A stretch of DNA of 64,000 nt from a virus, in IMG/VR virus record IMGVR_UViG_3300030329_005813, positions 96,001 to 160,000 of that record; one strand, 5' to 3'. Shown here piece after piece: positions 51,080 to 58,738 of this stretch. How positions within the stretch are numbered: position 1 is the first letter of the stretch; each line of letters opens with the position of its first letter. Both the position numbers and the translations under genes were made by a program. The notes beneath the pieces were generated by a model that was not told where the DNA came from, did no database searches, and saw only the letters and a list, made by a program, of their open reading frames with translations.

Positions 51080-52335
51080 GCTACCTCCTCAAAAGTCCAC
51101 GGCCTATACTCTTTACGAGTTGACCAAGAACCATATTTTTCGTGAATGTGATCCATCAAATCAACCCACTTTTGTCCAAAATCAGCAAAATTGTAATTTT
51201 TAAGAACGTGCTCGCGTCCGGCAGCTCCTAATTTTTGTCGCTCTTCTTTTGGCATATTATACATTGTTCGAAGTGCATTTAAAAAATCTTCTTTATTTAA
51301 CCTATCTTCGTAGATATAAGGCACCTCTTGAGAGCCAATAATAGTTTTTGACGCAGGAGTCAATCCAATGCCAAACCAGTTTTCTCCATCGGTAACTTGT
51401 TCTTGAAGGCCGCCTGTCATATTAACTATAATAGGTACTCCACTTGAGAGAGATTCTAAAGTTGCCAACCCAAAACCTTCAGCATCAGAAATATTGATTG
51501 TACAATCTGAAATGTTATACATCTTGGCTAACTGATCTGGAGCAACCTTTTGATCTGAAATCAATATACGATTATCAGTAGCCCCAATATTTTTCATAAT
51601 AGCTACTAAATCTTGACCGTGTTGATCGGTAGGATCTGTATGCATAATTAAACGAACATTTTCTGGACCGACTTCATCGGCAAACTCATTAAACCAGTGA
51701 ATTAGTGTGCCACTTTGTTTACGTCGTGCATTTCTGTTGTTCCAAAAAAACGTAAACCTGTCGTCAAAGTCAGGAAACATATGTTCCATAAAATGTTCTT
51801 TTTCTTCATCAGTCCGAGGCTTAAAGATGTCGGCGTCGACTGCATGAGGCATATAATGATTTTCAACATCTGGGGCAACGTTGTTAACAATATCGTATGT
51901 TACCTTTGAGATACTAGCAATTACATCATTTGAGTCATAAAACTTCTTATTAAACATAGGGAGCGGATAATTGTCCCAAACATGATAATAAATCATAGGG
52001 ACATTTTTACGAATCTCATTTTCGATTTGCCACAGCCAACCATAAAACCTAGGATCCGTCATAAACCATACCATATCTGGCTTTTCATTCCAGATTACAG
52101 AACGAACCATTTCAACTGTTCCGTATCCATCTACAGGCTGAATAATCCAGTCGTCGCCGAAGCCTTCTACCTTTTGTGGTTTATAGTCTGGGTGCTTAAT
52201 CGCACCGCCGAAACATATAAACTTATATCTACCAGTCTTGATTAACGCCTCAATAATGTACTTTGTCTGTGTGCCAACACCAGATGGAGCCATCGGGTGA
52301 TCTGATATCACAAAAACTTTAATTTTTTCGCTCAT
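51076..52335 (-). CDS. Glycosyltransferase family 4
   Basis: SGVG, HAVD, NRNARRK, AEGFGLATLESLSSGVPII..TGGL.E. Confidence 0.92.
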   Translation of the reverse strand: MSEKIKVFVISDHPMAPSGVGTQTKYIIEALIKTGRYKFICFGGAIKHPDYKPQKVEGFGDDWIIQPVDGYGTVEMVRSVIWNEKPDMVWFMTDPRFYGWLWQIENEIRKNVPMIYYHVWDNYPLPMFNKKFYDSNDVIASISKVTYDIVNNVAPDVENHYMPHAVDADIFKPRTDEEKEHFMEHMFPDFDDRFTFFWNNRNARRKQSGTLIHWFNEFADEVGPENVRLIMHTDPTDQHGQDLVAIMKNIGATDNRILISDQKVAPDQLAKMYNISDCTINISDAEGFGLATLESLSSGVPIIVNMTGGLQEQVTDGENWFGIGLTPASKTIIGSQEVPYIYEDRLNKEDFLNALRTMYNMPKEERQKLGAAGREHVLKNYNFADFGQKWVDLMDHIHEKYGSWSTRKEYRPWTFEEVA

Positions 52336-52344
52336 TTAAAACCT

Positions 52345-53106
52345 CTATCTACAGTGCGCTGTTTTATAAAATGCACAGCCTTTGCAGGATAATCTATTTT
52401 TAAAAGAAAGGTTTCTTTTAATGTTTATTACTGCTTTTTCTAAAAATCCTAAAGCATTTTTAATTTTTCTTGGGCCGCTGGTCACTCTAAAAATTTCTGT
52501 ATTATTTTTTTTGGCAGTCCTTTTAAGAAGACCAAAGTGAGTTTCAATATTTTCTAATGGAATATTATGCTTTTTAGCCCAAAAATACTTATACAATGTT
52601 AACTGATAGTTAACAATTTTATCTGATTTTCTTTTAGAGTCCCAACCCCAGCTGGTTGTCTTCCAGTCAAGAATATGATATTTTCCATCTGGGGTCTTTA
52701 CGACTAAATCTATATAACCTTTAAAGTTTAGATCGTGCTCTTCCATAGTTTCGTAAAGCTTTTCTTCGGTTGATACTACTTCACAGTTACCGAAATAGTT
52801 ATCAAGCTCATCTCTGAAAGAAGAAATAATAGGCCGATACTGGATCATCATCTGTTCTTTGAGTGACTTGTCAATCTCGACCTCTTTGTCTTCGAGGGAG
52901 ATAATTTCTTTAGCGAACTCTTCAAGAAAATGCTTTTCTCTATCTAAATTTTCGTCTAATAGCCCCTGCTCACAAACACTATGTATAGCAGTTCCAAATG
53001 CAGTATGCAGATTGCCTTTAAATCCATCAATTTTATCAATATATTGTAGTTTGTGTTTAAATGGGCATTCGTGCCATAATTTTATTTCCGAATAGGAAAC
53101 ATGCAT
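52345..53106 (-). CDS. PD-(D/E)XK exonuclease, Cas4/RecB-like with Fe-S cysteines
   Basis: SYS..CP, FGTAIH, GYIDL..ILDWKT, QLTLY, C-terminal CKGCAFYKTAHC. Confidence 0.88.
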   Translation of the reverse strand: MHVSYSEIKLWHECPFKHKLQYIDKIDGFKGNLHTAFGTAIHSVCEQGLLDENLDREKHFLEEFAKEIISLEDKEVEIDKSLKEQMMIQYRPIISSFRDELDNYFGNCEVVSTEEKLYETMEEHDLNFKGYIDLVVKTPDGKYHILDWKTTSWGWDSKRKSDKIVNYQLTLYKYFWAKKHNIPLENIETHFGLLKRTAKKNNTEIFRVTSGPRKIKNALGFLEKAVINIKRNLSFKNRLSCKGCAFYKTAHCR

Positions 53107-53439
53107 TTATTCCTCAGTTGTACTCTTTTTAGCTGAAGCTCTAGTGCGTCGAGTACGCTTAGGTTTTGGTTGAGCTATTTCTTCTTTATCTAATATAACA
53201 TTTTTTGTAGGTTTGTCAAGCACTTTTTTCTTAAAAGTCCAAGTTCCTTCAGTAATATCATTTGCATTATTTAGATAAGCTGTTTCGACGGCCTCACCCA
53301 ACTCATAACCTAATTTTTTAGCCTCAAGCACTACTTGACTAGTATTAACAATAGTCTTTCTCTTAATGCGTGTATTATAGGGTGATATACTTACGCAGAC
53401 GCAATATAGATCGTCTTTTTCTTCAATTTTAATATCCAT
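53107..53439 (-). CDS. Hypothetical protein
   Basis: ORF fits gene packing; AGGA RBS; basic C-terminal tail. Confidence 0.65.
   Translation of the reverse strand: MDIKIEEKDDLYCVCVSISPYNTRIKRKTIVNTSQVVLEAKKLGYELGEAVETAYLNNANDITEGTWTFKKKVLDKPTKNVILDKEEIAQPKPKRTRRTRASAKKSTTEE
53192..53219 (-). promoter_or_regulatory. Candidate sigma70 promoter upstream of nuclease and glycan cluster
   Basis: TTGACA (53219-53214), 16 nt, TG-n-TATATT (53197-53192), inside the preceding CDS. Confidence 0.5.
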
Positions 53440-54124
53440 TTATTAGTTCCTCTATTTTTTCTACTAGCTTCGGACTTAGTATTTTTAAATATCTTCTATC
53501 TTCACCATCAAGTAAATACTTTTCTAAACCACTGGAAAAATATTCACTGAGAGAGGTTGCGGCGTAGGGATTTAAAAATAAACCGTTAATTAAATAATTT
53601 AGATTTTCATAACCGATTTCACGATATAAAAAATTATCAATATCTTCTTGAAACTCTGTATCTAAATAGTTTAGATTACTAATATTATAATTTTCAGCTT
53701 GAATTTTATAAAATAGCCTTTGACGTTTTCCCAAAAATTCTCTTTCTATTTTTTTATCACCGTATATTTGAAGGCCACTGTTTTGTTCTAGAGAGTGACC
53801 AGCCTCGTGAATTATATTCTCTACATAATCTAAATTATTATTTAAAATATTGGTTATATAAATTGCTCCACTTTCGTACAGTGCTTCTAACTCTCGCTCT
53901 ATTAAATCTAAAAACTGCCCAACATAAATTAAGTCTATTCCATCAAATAAGTGTGATGGAACAAACTCCTCTATTTGTTCTATAATTAATTCAAAATCAA
54001 CCATATCACTAATGATAGGATCTTGTATATAAATAAATACACGACCAAAGAGCAAATATTCTTTTTGTTGTTTTTTGCTTCTGTTGACAGAATTTTCAAT
54101 TATTTTATGAATCTTCTGTTGCAT
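53429..54124 (-). CDS. Putative zinc metallopeptidase (HExxH)
   Basis: IIHEAGHSLE plus downstream YAATSLSEYF third-ligand motif. Confidence 0.65.
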   Translation of the reverse strand: MQQKIHKIIENSVNRSKKQQKEYLLFGRVFIYIQDPIISDMVDFELIIEQIEEFVPSHLFDGIDLIYVGQFLDLIERELEALYESGAIYITNILNNNLDYVENIIHEAGHSLEQNSGLQIYGDKKIEREFLGKRQRLFYKIQAENYNISNLNYLDTEFQEDIDNFLYREIGYENLNYLINGLFLNPYAATSLSEYFSSGLEKYLLDGEDRRYLKILSPKLVEKIEELINGY

Positions 54125-54434
54125 TTTCAGTCGCTTTCTTTTTTAACTCTTCTTCGTAGAGTCTCTTGCCCTCTTCCATATCATAAATGGCCTGATGATA
54201 ACCACGCACCCAATTTTCTTCTGCTAAAGCCAAAAGAAATTCTGGAAACTCTTTTGCCATCACCTCAATAACCATAGCAAGAGTAACTTCATCGTTTTCT
54301 GGATTGTGTTGGTTGCCTACATAGTTAACCAACCACTCTTTAAGGGGGCTGTCTTTTTCTAATCCTTTTGCTAAGTCTGGATTGATCTCTCCATCTTTTA
54401 AATCGACTTTTGATTCAACAATATTTTGTTCCAT
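54105..54434 (-). CDS. Hypothetical protein
   Basis: AAGGAG RBS and consensus promoter upstream. Confidence 0.75.
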   Translation of the reverse strand: MEQNIVESKVDLKDGEINPDLAKGLEKDSPLKEWLVNYVGNQHNPENDEVTLAMVIEVMAKEFPEFLLALAEENWVRGYHQAIYDMEEGKRLYEEELKKKATENATEDS

Positions 54435-54455
54435 TATTGTCTCCTTTTATACTTT

Positions 54456-54484
54456 ATTATAACCAAATATTGAGTACTTGTCAA
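54456..54484 (-). promoter_or_regulatory. Consensus sigma70 promoter
   Basis: TTGACA (54484-54479), 17 nt, TATAAT (54461-54456), intergenic. Confidence 0.85.
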
Positions 54485-54489
54485 GTATT

Positions 54490-55866
54490 TTATAAATATT
54501 TTGCTGCCATTGTTGCTACCTTAGATCTTTCGCCTTTTCGTAGAGTGACGTGACCTGACAGATCAAGCGCTTTAAATTTTTCAACAGCGTGAACCAAGCC
54601 TGATGAAGTCTCATTTATATAGATGTTATCTATTTGCTCTATATCGCCTGTTAGAACGATTTTAGTCCCTTCCCCTACCCTAGTAAGGATTGTCTTGATC
54701 TCGTGTGCTGTGAGGTTCTGAGCCTCATCTATGACGATGTATGCATTGGCTATAGAGCGACCTCGAATATAGGTAAGCGCTTCCATCTCAATAATACCTC
54801 GATCTAAATACTCATCTAAAGTTGTTTGATCGTCGCCAGTCAAAAACTTTAAATTATCTTGAATTGGCGCTAACCAAGGAGCCATTTTATCTTGCATAGA
54901 GCCTGGAAGGTACCCAATATCTTTGCCCATAGGCATTACAGGTCTTGACACGACAAGTTTTTTATACAATGAACTTTCAGTTGTAGAGTGCTTCTTACTT
55001 GAAGAGCCAAGCTTATTAGATAAGCGATCTACCGGATAATTTGGCATAACCTGCTCTAAGCCGGCCGCAATGGCCAATAGTGTCTTGCCTGATCCGGCTT
55101 TTCCGACTAAAGATATTACCTGAATGTCTGGATCCATTAAAAGATCTAGGGCGAACGCTTGTTCTTTATTTTTGGCTTTGACACCCCATAGGCCGGTTTT
55201 AAATTCACAGACTCGTAGAAGACTAGACCTATAATTTAAAAACCTACAGAGTGCTGTTTTCTTGTCGTTTGAACTTGAAACAAGCATAATAAACTGATTT
55301 GGGTGCAGACCAGGGTGTTCCTCTTCATCGATTATTATAATTTCGTCATCATAAAAGTGATCGATGGTTTGATCATCCACTAATATTTCTGTAAAACCAG
55401 TGTATAGATCAGAGTCTTTTTTAATTATTTGATTTTCTGTGTAGTCTTCGCTTACTAGGCCAAGAGAATCACAAATGACACGCATATTAATATCGCGAGA
55501 CACAACAATAGTTTTTCTGTTTCCATTTTCTTGGTTTTCTGCTAATGCGGTGGCAATAATTATGTGGTCAGAAATGTTAGGATCTAAATCTGGTGGGCAC
55601 TGAATATTAGCAGAACGTACCTTAAGTATGCCCTTTCCTTTTCCGATTCTTACGCCTTGTTGTAAGTTGCCTTTGGCTCTTAGTTCATCAAAAGTACGAA
55701 TAATTGTTCGTGCATTAGAGCCAACACCATCTTGTCTTTTTTTGTGTTTATCAATTTCTTCTAAAACTTTTAAGGGTATTATAATATCATTATTTGAATA
55801 ACTGTATATACAATTTGCATCTGATAAGCAAGCACTAGTGTCTAAGACGTAGGTTTTTTTGGCCAT
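54490..55866 (-). CDS. phoH: PIN-domain PhoH-family ATPase
   Basis: PIN: VLDTS..EEID..DHII..SRDINMR; PhoH: GKAGSGKT, GYLPG, YIRGRS, IDEAQN, TGD..QID. Confidence 0.95.
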   Translation of the reverse strand: MAKKTYVLDTSACLSDANCIYSYSNNDIIIPLKVLEEIDKHKKRQDGVGSNARTIIRTFDELRAKGNLQQGVRIGKGKGILKVRSANIQCPPDLDPNISDHIIIATALAENQENGNRKTIVVSRDINMRVICDSLGLVSEDYTENQIIKKDSDLYTGFTEILVDDQTIDHFYDDEIIIIDEEEHPGLHPNQFIMLVSSSNDKKTALCRFLNYRSSLLRVCEFKTGLWGVKAKNKEQAFALDLLMDPDIQVISLVGKAGSGKTLLAIAAGLEQVMPNYPVDRLSNKLGSSSKKHSTTESSLYKKLVVSRPVMPMGKDIGYLPGSMQDKMAPWLAPIQDNLKFLTGDDQTTLDEYLDRGIIEMEALTYIRGRSIANAYIVIDEAQNLTAHEIKTILTRVGEGTKIVLTGDIEQIDNIYINETSSGLVHAVEKFKALDLSGHVTLRKGERSKVATMAAKYL

Positions 55867-55901
55867 TTATATTTCCTTATTTTGCCTAATTTCCCCACTT
55901 A

Positions 55902-55909
55902 TAAGTAGT
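55902..55909 (-). promoter_or_regulatory. ACTACTTA candidate late promoter
   Basis: Intergenic, just after a terminator and ~36 nt upstream of phoH. Confidence 0.5.
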
Positions 55910-55912
55910 TAT

Positions 55913-55944
55913 AAACAAAAGAACCCACCTCAAAAGAAGTGGGT
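55913..55944 (-). terminator. Intrinsic terminator downstream of tRNA-Thr
   Basis: ACCCACTTC-TTTT-GAGGTGGGT stem followed by TCTTTTGTTT. Confidence 0.8.
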
Positions 55945-55954
55945 ACCGGCAAAG

Positions 55955-56029
55955 AGCCAACTATCAGATTCGAACTGATGACCTGCTGATTACAAATCAG
56001 CTGCTCTAAACCAACTGAGCTAAGTTGGC
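55955..56029 (-). tRNA. tRNA-Thr(UGU)
   Basis: GCCAACT/AGTTGGC acceptor stem, anticodon arm GCTGA-TTTGTAA-TCAGC, TTCGAAT T-loop; CCA not encoded. Confidence 0.95.
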
Positions 56030-56034
56030 GAAAT

Positions 56035-56105
56035 GAGGCACCTGTTTAAAAACGCACAATGGTTTTAGTTTGTTTTAACCCCGTGCCTCCCTGCGGGTGG
56101 GGGGA
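56035..56105 (-). ncRNA. Candidate structured RNA element
   Basis: GC-rich intergenic segment with GAGGCAC/GTGCCTC stem (56089-56083 with 56041-56035), an inner AT stem and a 5' CCC-GCA-GGG hairpin. Confidence 0.35.
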
Positions 56106-56107
56106 AT

Positions 56108-56569
56108 CTATTCTAATGCTACTTGTTTAATATATTTTTCGCGATCTAATACTCTTTTAGTAGTAGTGGCTGTATTGACTAAATTTGAACTACTGCGAAC
56201 TTTATTTCCACCAACATTGTATACCATCTCTATTCCTAATTCTTTACAAATTTTAGATTCCGGAGTATTAGTAGAAACTCTATCTCCACCATTTGCAAAA
56301 ATATCTGGTTTTAAAACTTTAAGTGATTCACAAACTGTCTTGTCGTCGTCTAAAGCCTCAACAACATTGTCAACGCATTCGAACGCAGAAATAATTTCTG
56401 CTCGCTCTTCCCAGGTCATAAAAACATAACCTTTTTTTCTCTTAAGCCAATTATCAGAGTTAATAATAACTGTTAAACTACCTAATTTTGCTGCTTCTTG
56501 AAGCATTCTTAAGTGACCTACATGAATCGGGTCAAAGCCGCCTGATACAGCGACTGTCTTTTTACTCAT
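56108..56569 (-). CDS. Cytidylyltransferase-family protein (TagD/RfaE domain II-like)
   Basis: SGGFDPIHVGH (HxGH), INSD..L.RKKG, ERAE, FANGGDR, KVRSSS. Confidence 0.88.
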   Translation of the reverse strand: MSKKTVAVSGGFDPIHVGHLRMLQEAAKLGSLTVIINSDNWLKRKKGYVFMTWEERAEIISAFECVDNVVEALDDDKTVCESLKVLKPDIFANGGDRVSTNTPESKICKELGIEMVYNVGGNKVRSSSNLVNTATTTKRVLDREKYIKQVALE

Positions 56570-56747
56570 CTACAACCTCTAATTTTTGTATTAAACAATC
56601 TTGAATTCCTAATATTTTAGATTGTTCAATATTTCCATACATAATTTGAAATGTTGTGAAACTAACTACTGTTGCAATTGTTGCTCCAAATATTGTTCCT
56701 AAGCAAAACATAACATTTTTTTTAACAAAACTATTAATTATTTTCAT
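56562..56747 (-). CDS. Small membrane protein
   Basis: One hydrophobic helix; ATG 56747 preferred over TTG 56753; ACTATTTA at 56774-56781. Confidence 0.65.
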   Translation of the reverse strand: MKIINSFVKKNVMFCLGTIFGATIATVVSFTTFQIMYGNIEQSKILGIQDCLIQKLEVVDE

Positions 56748-56812
56748 TTGCAAGCCTTCCCTACTCTATACTGTAAATAGTGTAGTAACAAGCATTAATT
56801 AATAATATTTTA

Positions 56813-56889
56813 TGGTACGCCCTGTAGGATTCGAACCTACGACCTACGGCTTAGAAGGCCGTTGCTCTATCCAGCTGAGCTAAGGGCGC
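56813..56889 (-). tRNA. tRNA-Arg(UCU)
   Basis: GCGCCCT/AGGGCGT acceptor stem, ACGGC-CTTCTAA-GCCGT anticodon arm, encoded CCA. Confidence 0.96.
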
Positions 56890-57087
56890 TTAATTTTTAA
56901 TTAACATCCCTATGGGCCTTCGCTCTTCGTCTTCAAAGAAAAATTCAGTTTTGCTTTTTCCATTTGGGGCAATATATTTGTGTCCTATGTATTTTTTTGC
57001 ATATTTTATTGCATTTTCTTTTTTCTTGTATTTTTTAAGAAATTTTCCTCGAATGTGTTGACCGTTCCAGGCCCATACTTCCCACAT
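56890..57087 (-). CDS. Small basic hypothetical protein
   Basis: AAGGA RBS; fills the gap between two tRNAs. Confidence 0.6.
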   Translation of the reverse strand: MWEVWAWNGQHIRGKFLKKYKKKENAIKYAKKYIGHKYIAPNGKSKTEFFFEDEERRPIGMLIKN

Positions 57088-57101
57088 CTTTTATCCTTTA
57101 A

Positions 57102-57174
57102 TAGGCCCGGTGAGAATTGAACTCACGGCCTCCCGCTTATAAGACGGATGCTCTAACCTCTGAGCTACGGGCCT
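57102..57174 (-). tRNA. tRNA-Ile(UAU)
   Basis: AGGCCCG/CGGGCCT acceptor stem, discriminator A, TCCGT-CTTATAA-GCGGG anticodon arm, GTGAG-TTCAATT-CTCAC T arm. Confidence 0.9.
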
Positions 57175-57243
57175 TTAATTTTAGCATATGCTAAAGGCTC
57201 GTATTTGTATAAAAATATACACCAGAGTGTTAATCATACTAAT

Positions 57244-57272
57244 AATATAGCATCAATCTTGTCCTCTGTCAA
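57244..57272 (-). promoter_or_regulatory. Sigma70-type promoter for the tRNA cluster
   Basis: TTGACA (57272-57267), 17 nt, TG-n-TATATT (57249-57244). Confidence 0.7.
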
Positions 57273-57520
57273 GCTTTAAATAAAACTAAGTCTTTTAAAG
57301 CTTCTAAACAAATATATTTTTTTCCATTAATAATCCACTGAACATACACATAGCCTTCAAGCTTTAGTGGGCCGCCTGGAATTTTACAGTTATTTGGATT
57401 TCCAATTTTTGCTGGGTCTCTTGACCATATGAGACCATACGTATTTGTTTTTTGATTTTTATATTTTACTCTTTGGCCTTGTTTAAAAGAGCTTTTCTTT
57501 TTTCTTTTTCTAATTGCCAA
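57269..57520 (-). CDS. Small basic hypothetical protein (SH3-like FKxGxRV start)
   Basis: ORF fits gene packing; TTG start uncertain. Confidence 0.55.
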   Translation of the reverse strand: MAIRKRKKKSSFKQGQRVKYKNQKTNTYGLIWSRDPAKIGNPNNCKIPGGPLKLEGYVYVQWIINGKKYICLEALKDLVLFKA

Positions 57521-58170
57521 TTTTTAAGTCTTATTATGTCGTTTTCAATAGTAACATATGATTGATGTTCGACCCAATCACCCGTATTGACATAGGTTTT
57601 AATATCTTCATCTTTGTCAACCCAGATAAGCACTTCCGGAGTGTGGACATGACCCATTATAAATACATCGGCGTCTTTGTTCCACTCAATAATATCCCAA
57701 ATTCTTTTTGCTTTTCTTAGACGTAAATTATGATACCACGTTGTTAAATCAATATTTTTCCATCTTTCAATAAAATCTTGTACTATAGAAATAATGCTTA
57801 TGATAAAACGATGGTGAATAATACCTTTTTCATATTTATCTCCGTGTTCTATTCTATATTTTCTTTTACCTTCAATAAATTCATATTTATCAACAAAGTG
57901 TACACCAAATACTTCTTTGTTAATTAAATTTTGAAAAGATTTATCGTGATTTCCTATGATGTAAATTACTTTGTTTTTAAAATTTTCTATTATTTTAAAT
58001 AAAGCATAACTGTGATCTGTGAAAGATGGAATTTTTATAAAATCTATGATGTCACCAGCTAAAATTAATTCATCACAATCATCTGAAATTGAAAACAAAA
58101 ATTCAATTAATGCTTCTTCATTAGCATACTTACTACCAATATGAAGATCTGATATAATAACTCTTTTCAT
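57466..58170 (-). CDS. Calcineurin-like metallophosphoesterase (LpxH-like)
   Basis: ISDLHIG, LAGDIID, IGNHD, EHGD, MGHVH, NTGDW; start reassigned to ATG 58170. Confidence 0.9.
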   Translation of the reverse strand: MKRVIISDLHIGSKYANEEALIEFLFSISDDCDELILAGDIIDFIKIPSFTDHSYALFKIIENFKNKVIYIIGNHDKSFQNLINKEVFGVHFVDKYEFIEGKRKYRIEHGDKYEKGIIHHRFIISIISIVQDFIERWKNIDLTTWYHNLRLRKAKRIWDIIEWNKDADVFIMGHVHTPEVLIWVDKDEDIKTYVNTGDWVEHQSYVTIENDIIRLKNWQLEKEKRKALLNKAKE

Positions 58171-58193
58171 ATTGTACTCTTTATGTAAATAGA

Positions 58194-58526
58194 TGGAGGT
58201 GGCGGGATTCGAACCCGCGTCCGCAATAATTTTCAATTCAAGTCATTCACAGGCTTGGATAGTTTTTACTCCACAAACTAACAAATGTAGGCCTTTTTAT
58301 CCAACTATTTTTGGCCAATAATAGCTCGGGTGTTTTATTTTCAGCAGAACCATCTGCTTATCTGGATTTGGGTAATAAGGTAACCAGAGACCCCACGATT
58401 AAGCCGCTAAGCGAACAGATTCGAAATGATTATTGTTATTGGCAATTATCAAGTTGTTTGATTTTTAAGTCTCACGACTGCCTGCACTATCTTTTTCCAT
58501 TACCCCGTCGAAACCAAAGCACCCCC
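58194..58526 (-). ncRNA. ssrA: tmRNA
   Basis: 5' GGGGGTG..GGTTTCGAC, 3' GACGCGGGTTCGAATCCCGCCACCTCCA with G3-U pair; internal tag ORF 58443-58399 encodes ANNNNHFESVRLAA*. Confidence 0.95.
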
Positions 58527-58534
58527 TTAATATA

Positions 58535-58687
58535 TTATATTAAGTTGGTAATAATTGTGCTTACAACATTATTAAAATCAATTGTAAAAGTAACCCAATA
58601 AGTTACTATTAATGTTACCATTAACCCACTAAATATTCCATACTCTACAGCTGTGCTACCAACATCATTTTTAAAAAATCTATTCAT
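58535..58687 (-). CDS. flp: Flp/Fap-type (Tad) pilin homolog, 50 aa
   Basis: Hand translation MNRFFKNDVG|STAVEYGIFSGLMVTLIVTYWVTFTIDFNNVVSTIITNLI; Gly-1, Glu+5, Tyr+6, hydrophobic helix; GGGAG RBS; below the ORF track cut-off. Confidence 0.8.
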   Translation of the reverse strand: MNRFFKNDVGSTAVEYGIFSGLMVTLIVTYWVTFTIDFNNVVSTIITNLI

Positions 58688-58726
58688 TTTTTTCTCCCTA
58701 TACGCCCTTTCTTGAGATGAGCCAAA

Positions 58727-58734
58727 TAAATAGT
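58727..58734 (-). promoter_or_regulatory. ACTATTTA candidate late promoter for pilin/tmRNA
   Basis: Intergenic, ~40 nt upstream of the pilin ATG. Confidence 0.55.
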
Positions 58735-58738
58735 ATTT

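Noticed and set aside
2010-51890. Short alternate-frame minus-strand ORFs nested in long genes (e.g. 2010..2273, 3521..3706, 23269..23604, 23865..24083, 34910..35092, 45990..46187)
   Set aside because: Almost entirely overlapped by well-supported CDSs and without motifs
38793-52335. Bacterial capsule or O-antigen locus, or a eukaryotic giant virus glycosylation island
   Set aside because: No flippase, polymerase or exporter; contiguous with phage baseplate genes; SD sites, sigma70 promoters, a sigma factor and tmRNA indicate a bacteriophage
52345-53106. Cas4-like nuclease as evidence of CRISPR-Cas
   Set aside because: No repeat-spacer array or other cas gene seen; solo Cas4-like exonucleases are common in phages
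58171-58236. N-terminal extension MKIIADAGSNPATS of ORF 57466..58236
   Set aside because: It is the tmRNA T-arm and acceptor stem read as codons; the phosphoesterase motif begins right after ATG 58170
58311-58601. 96-aa plus-strand ORF
   Set aside because: Antisense to the tmRNA and the Flp pilin gene
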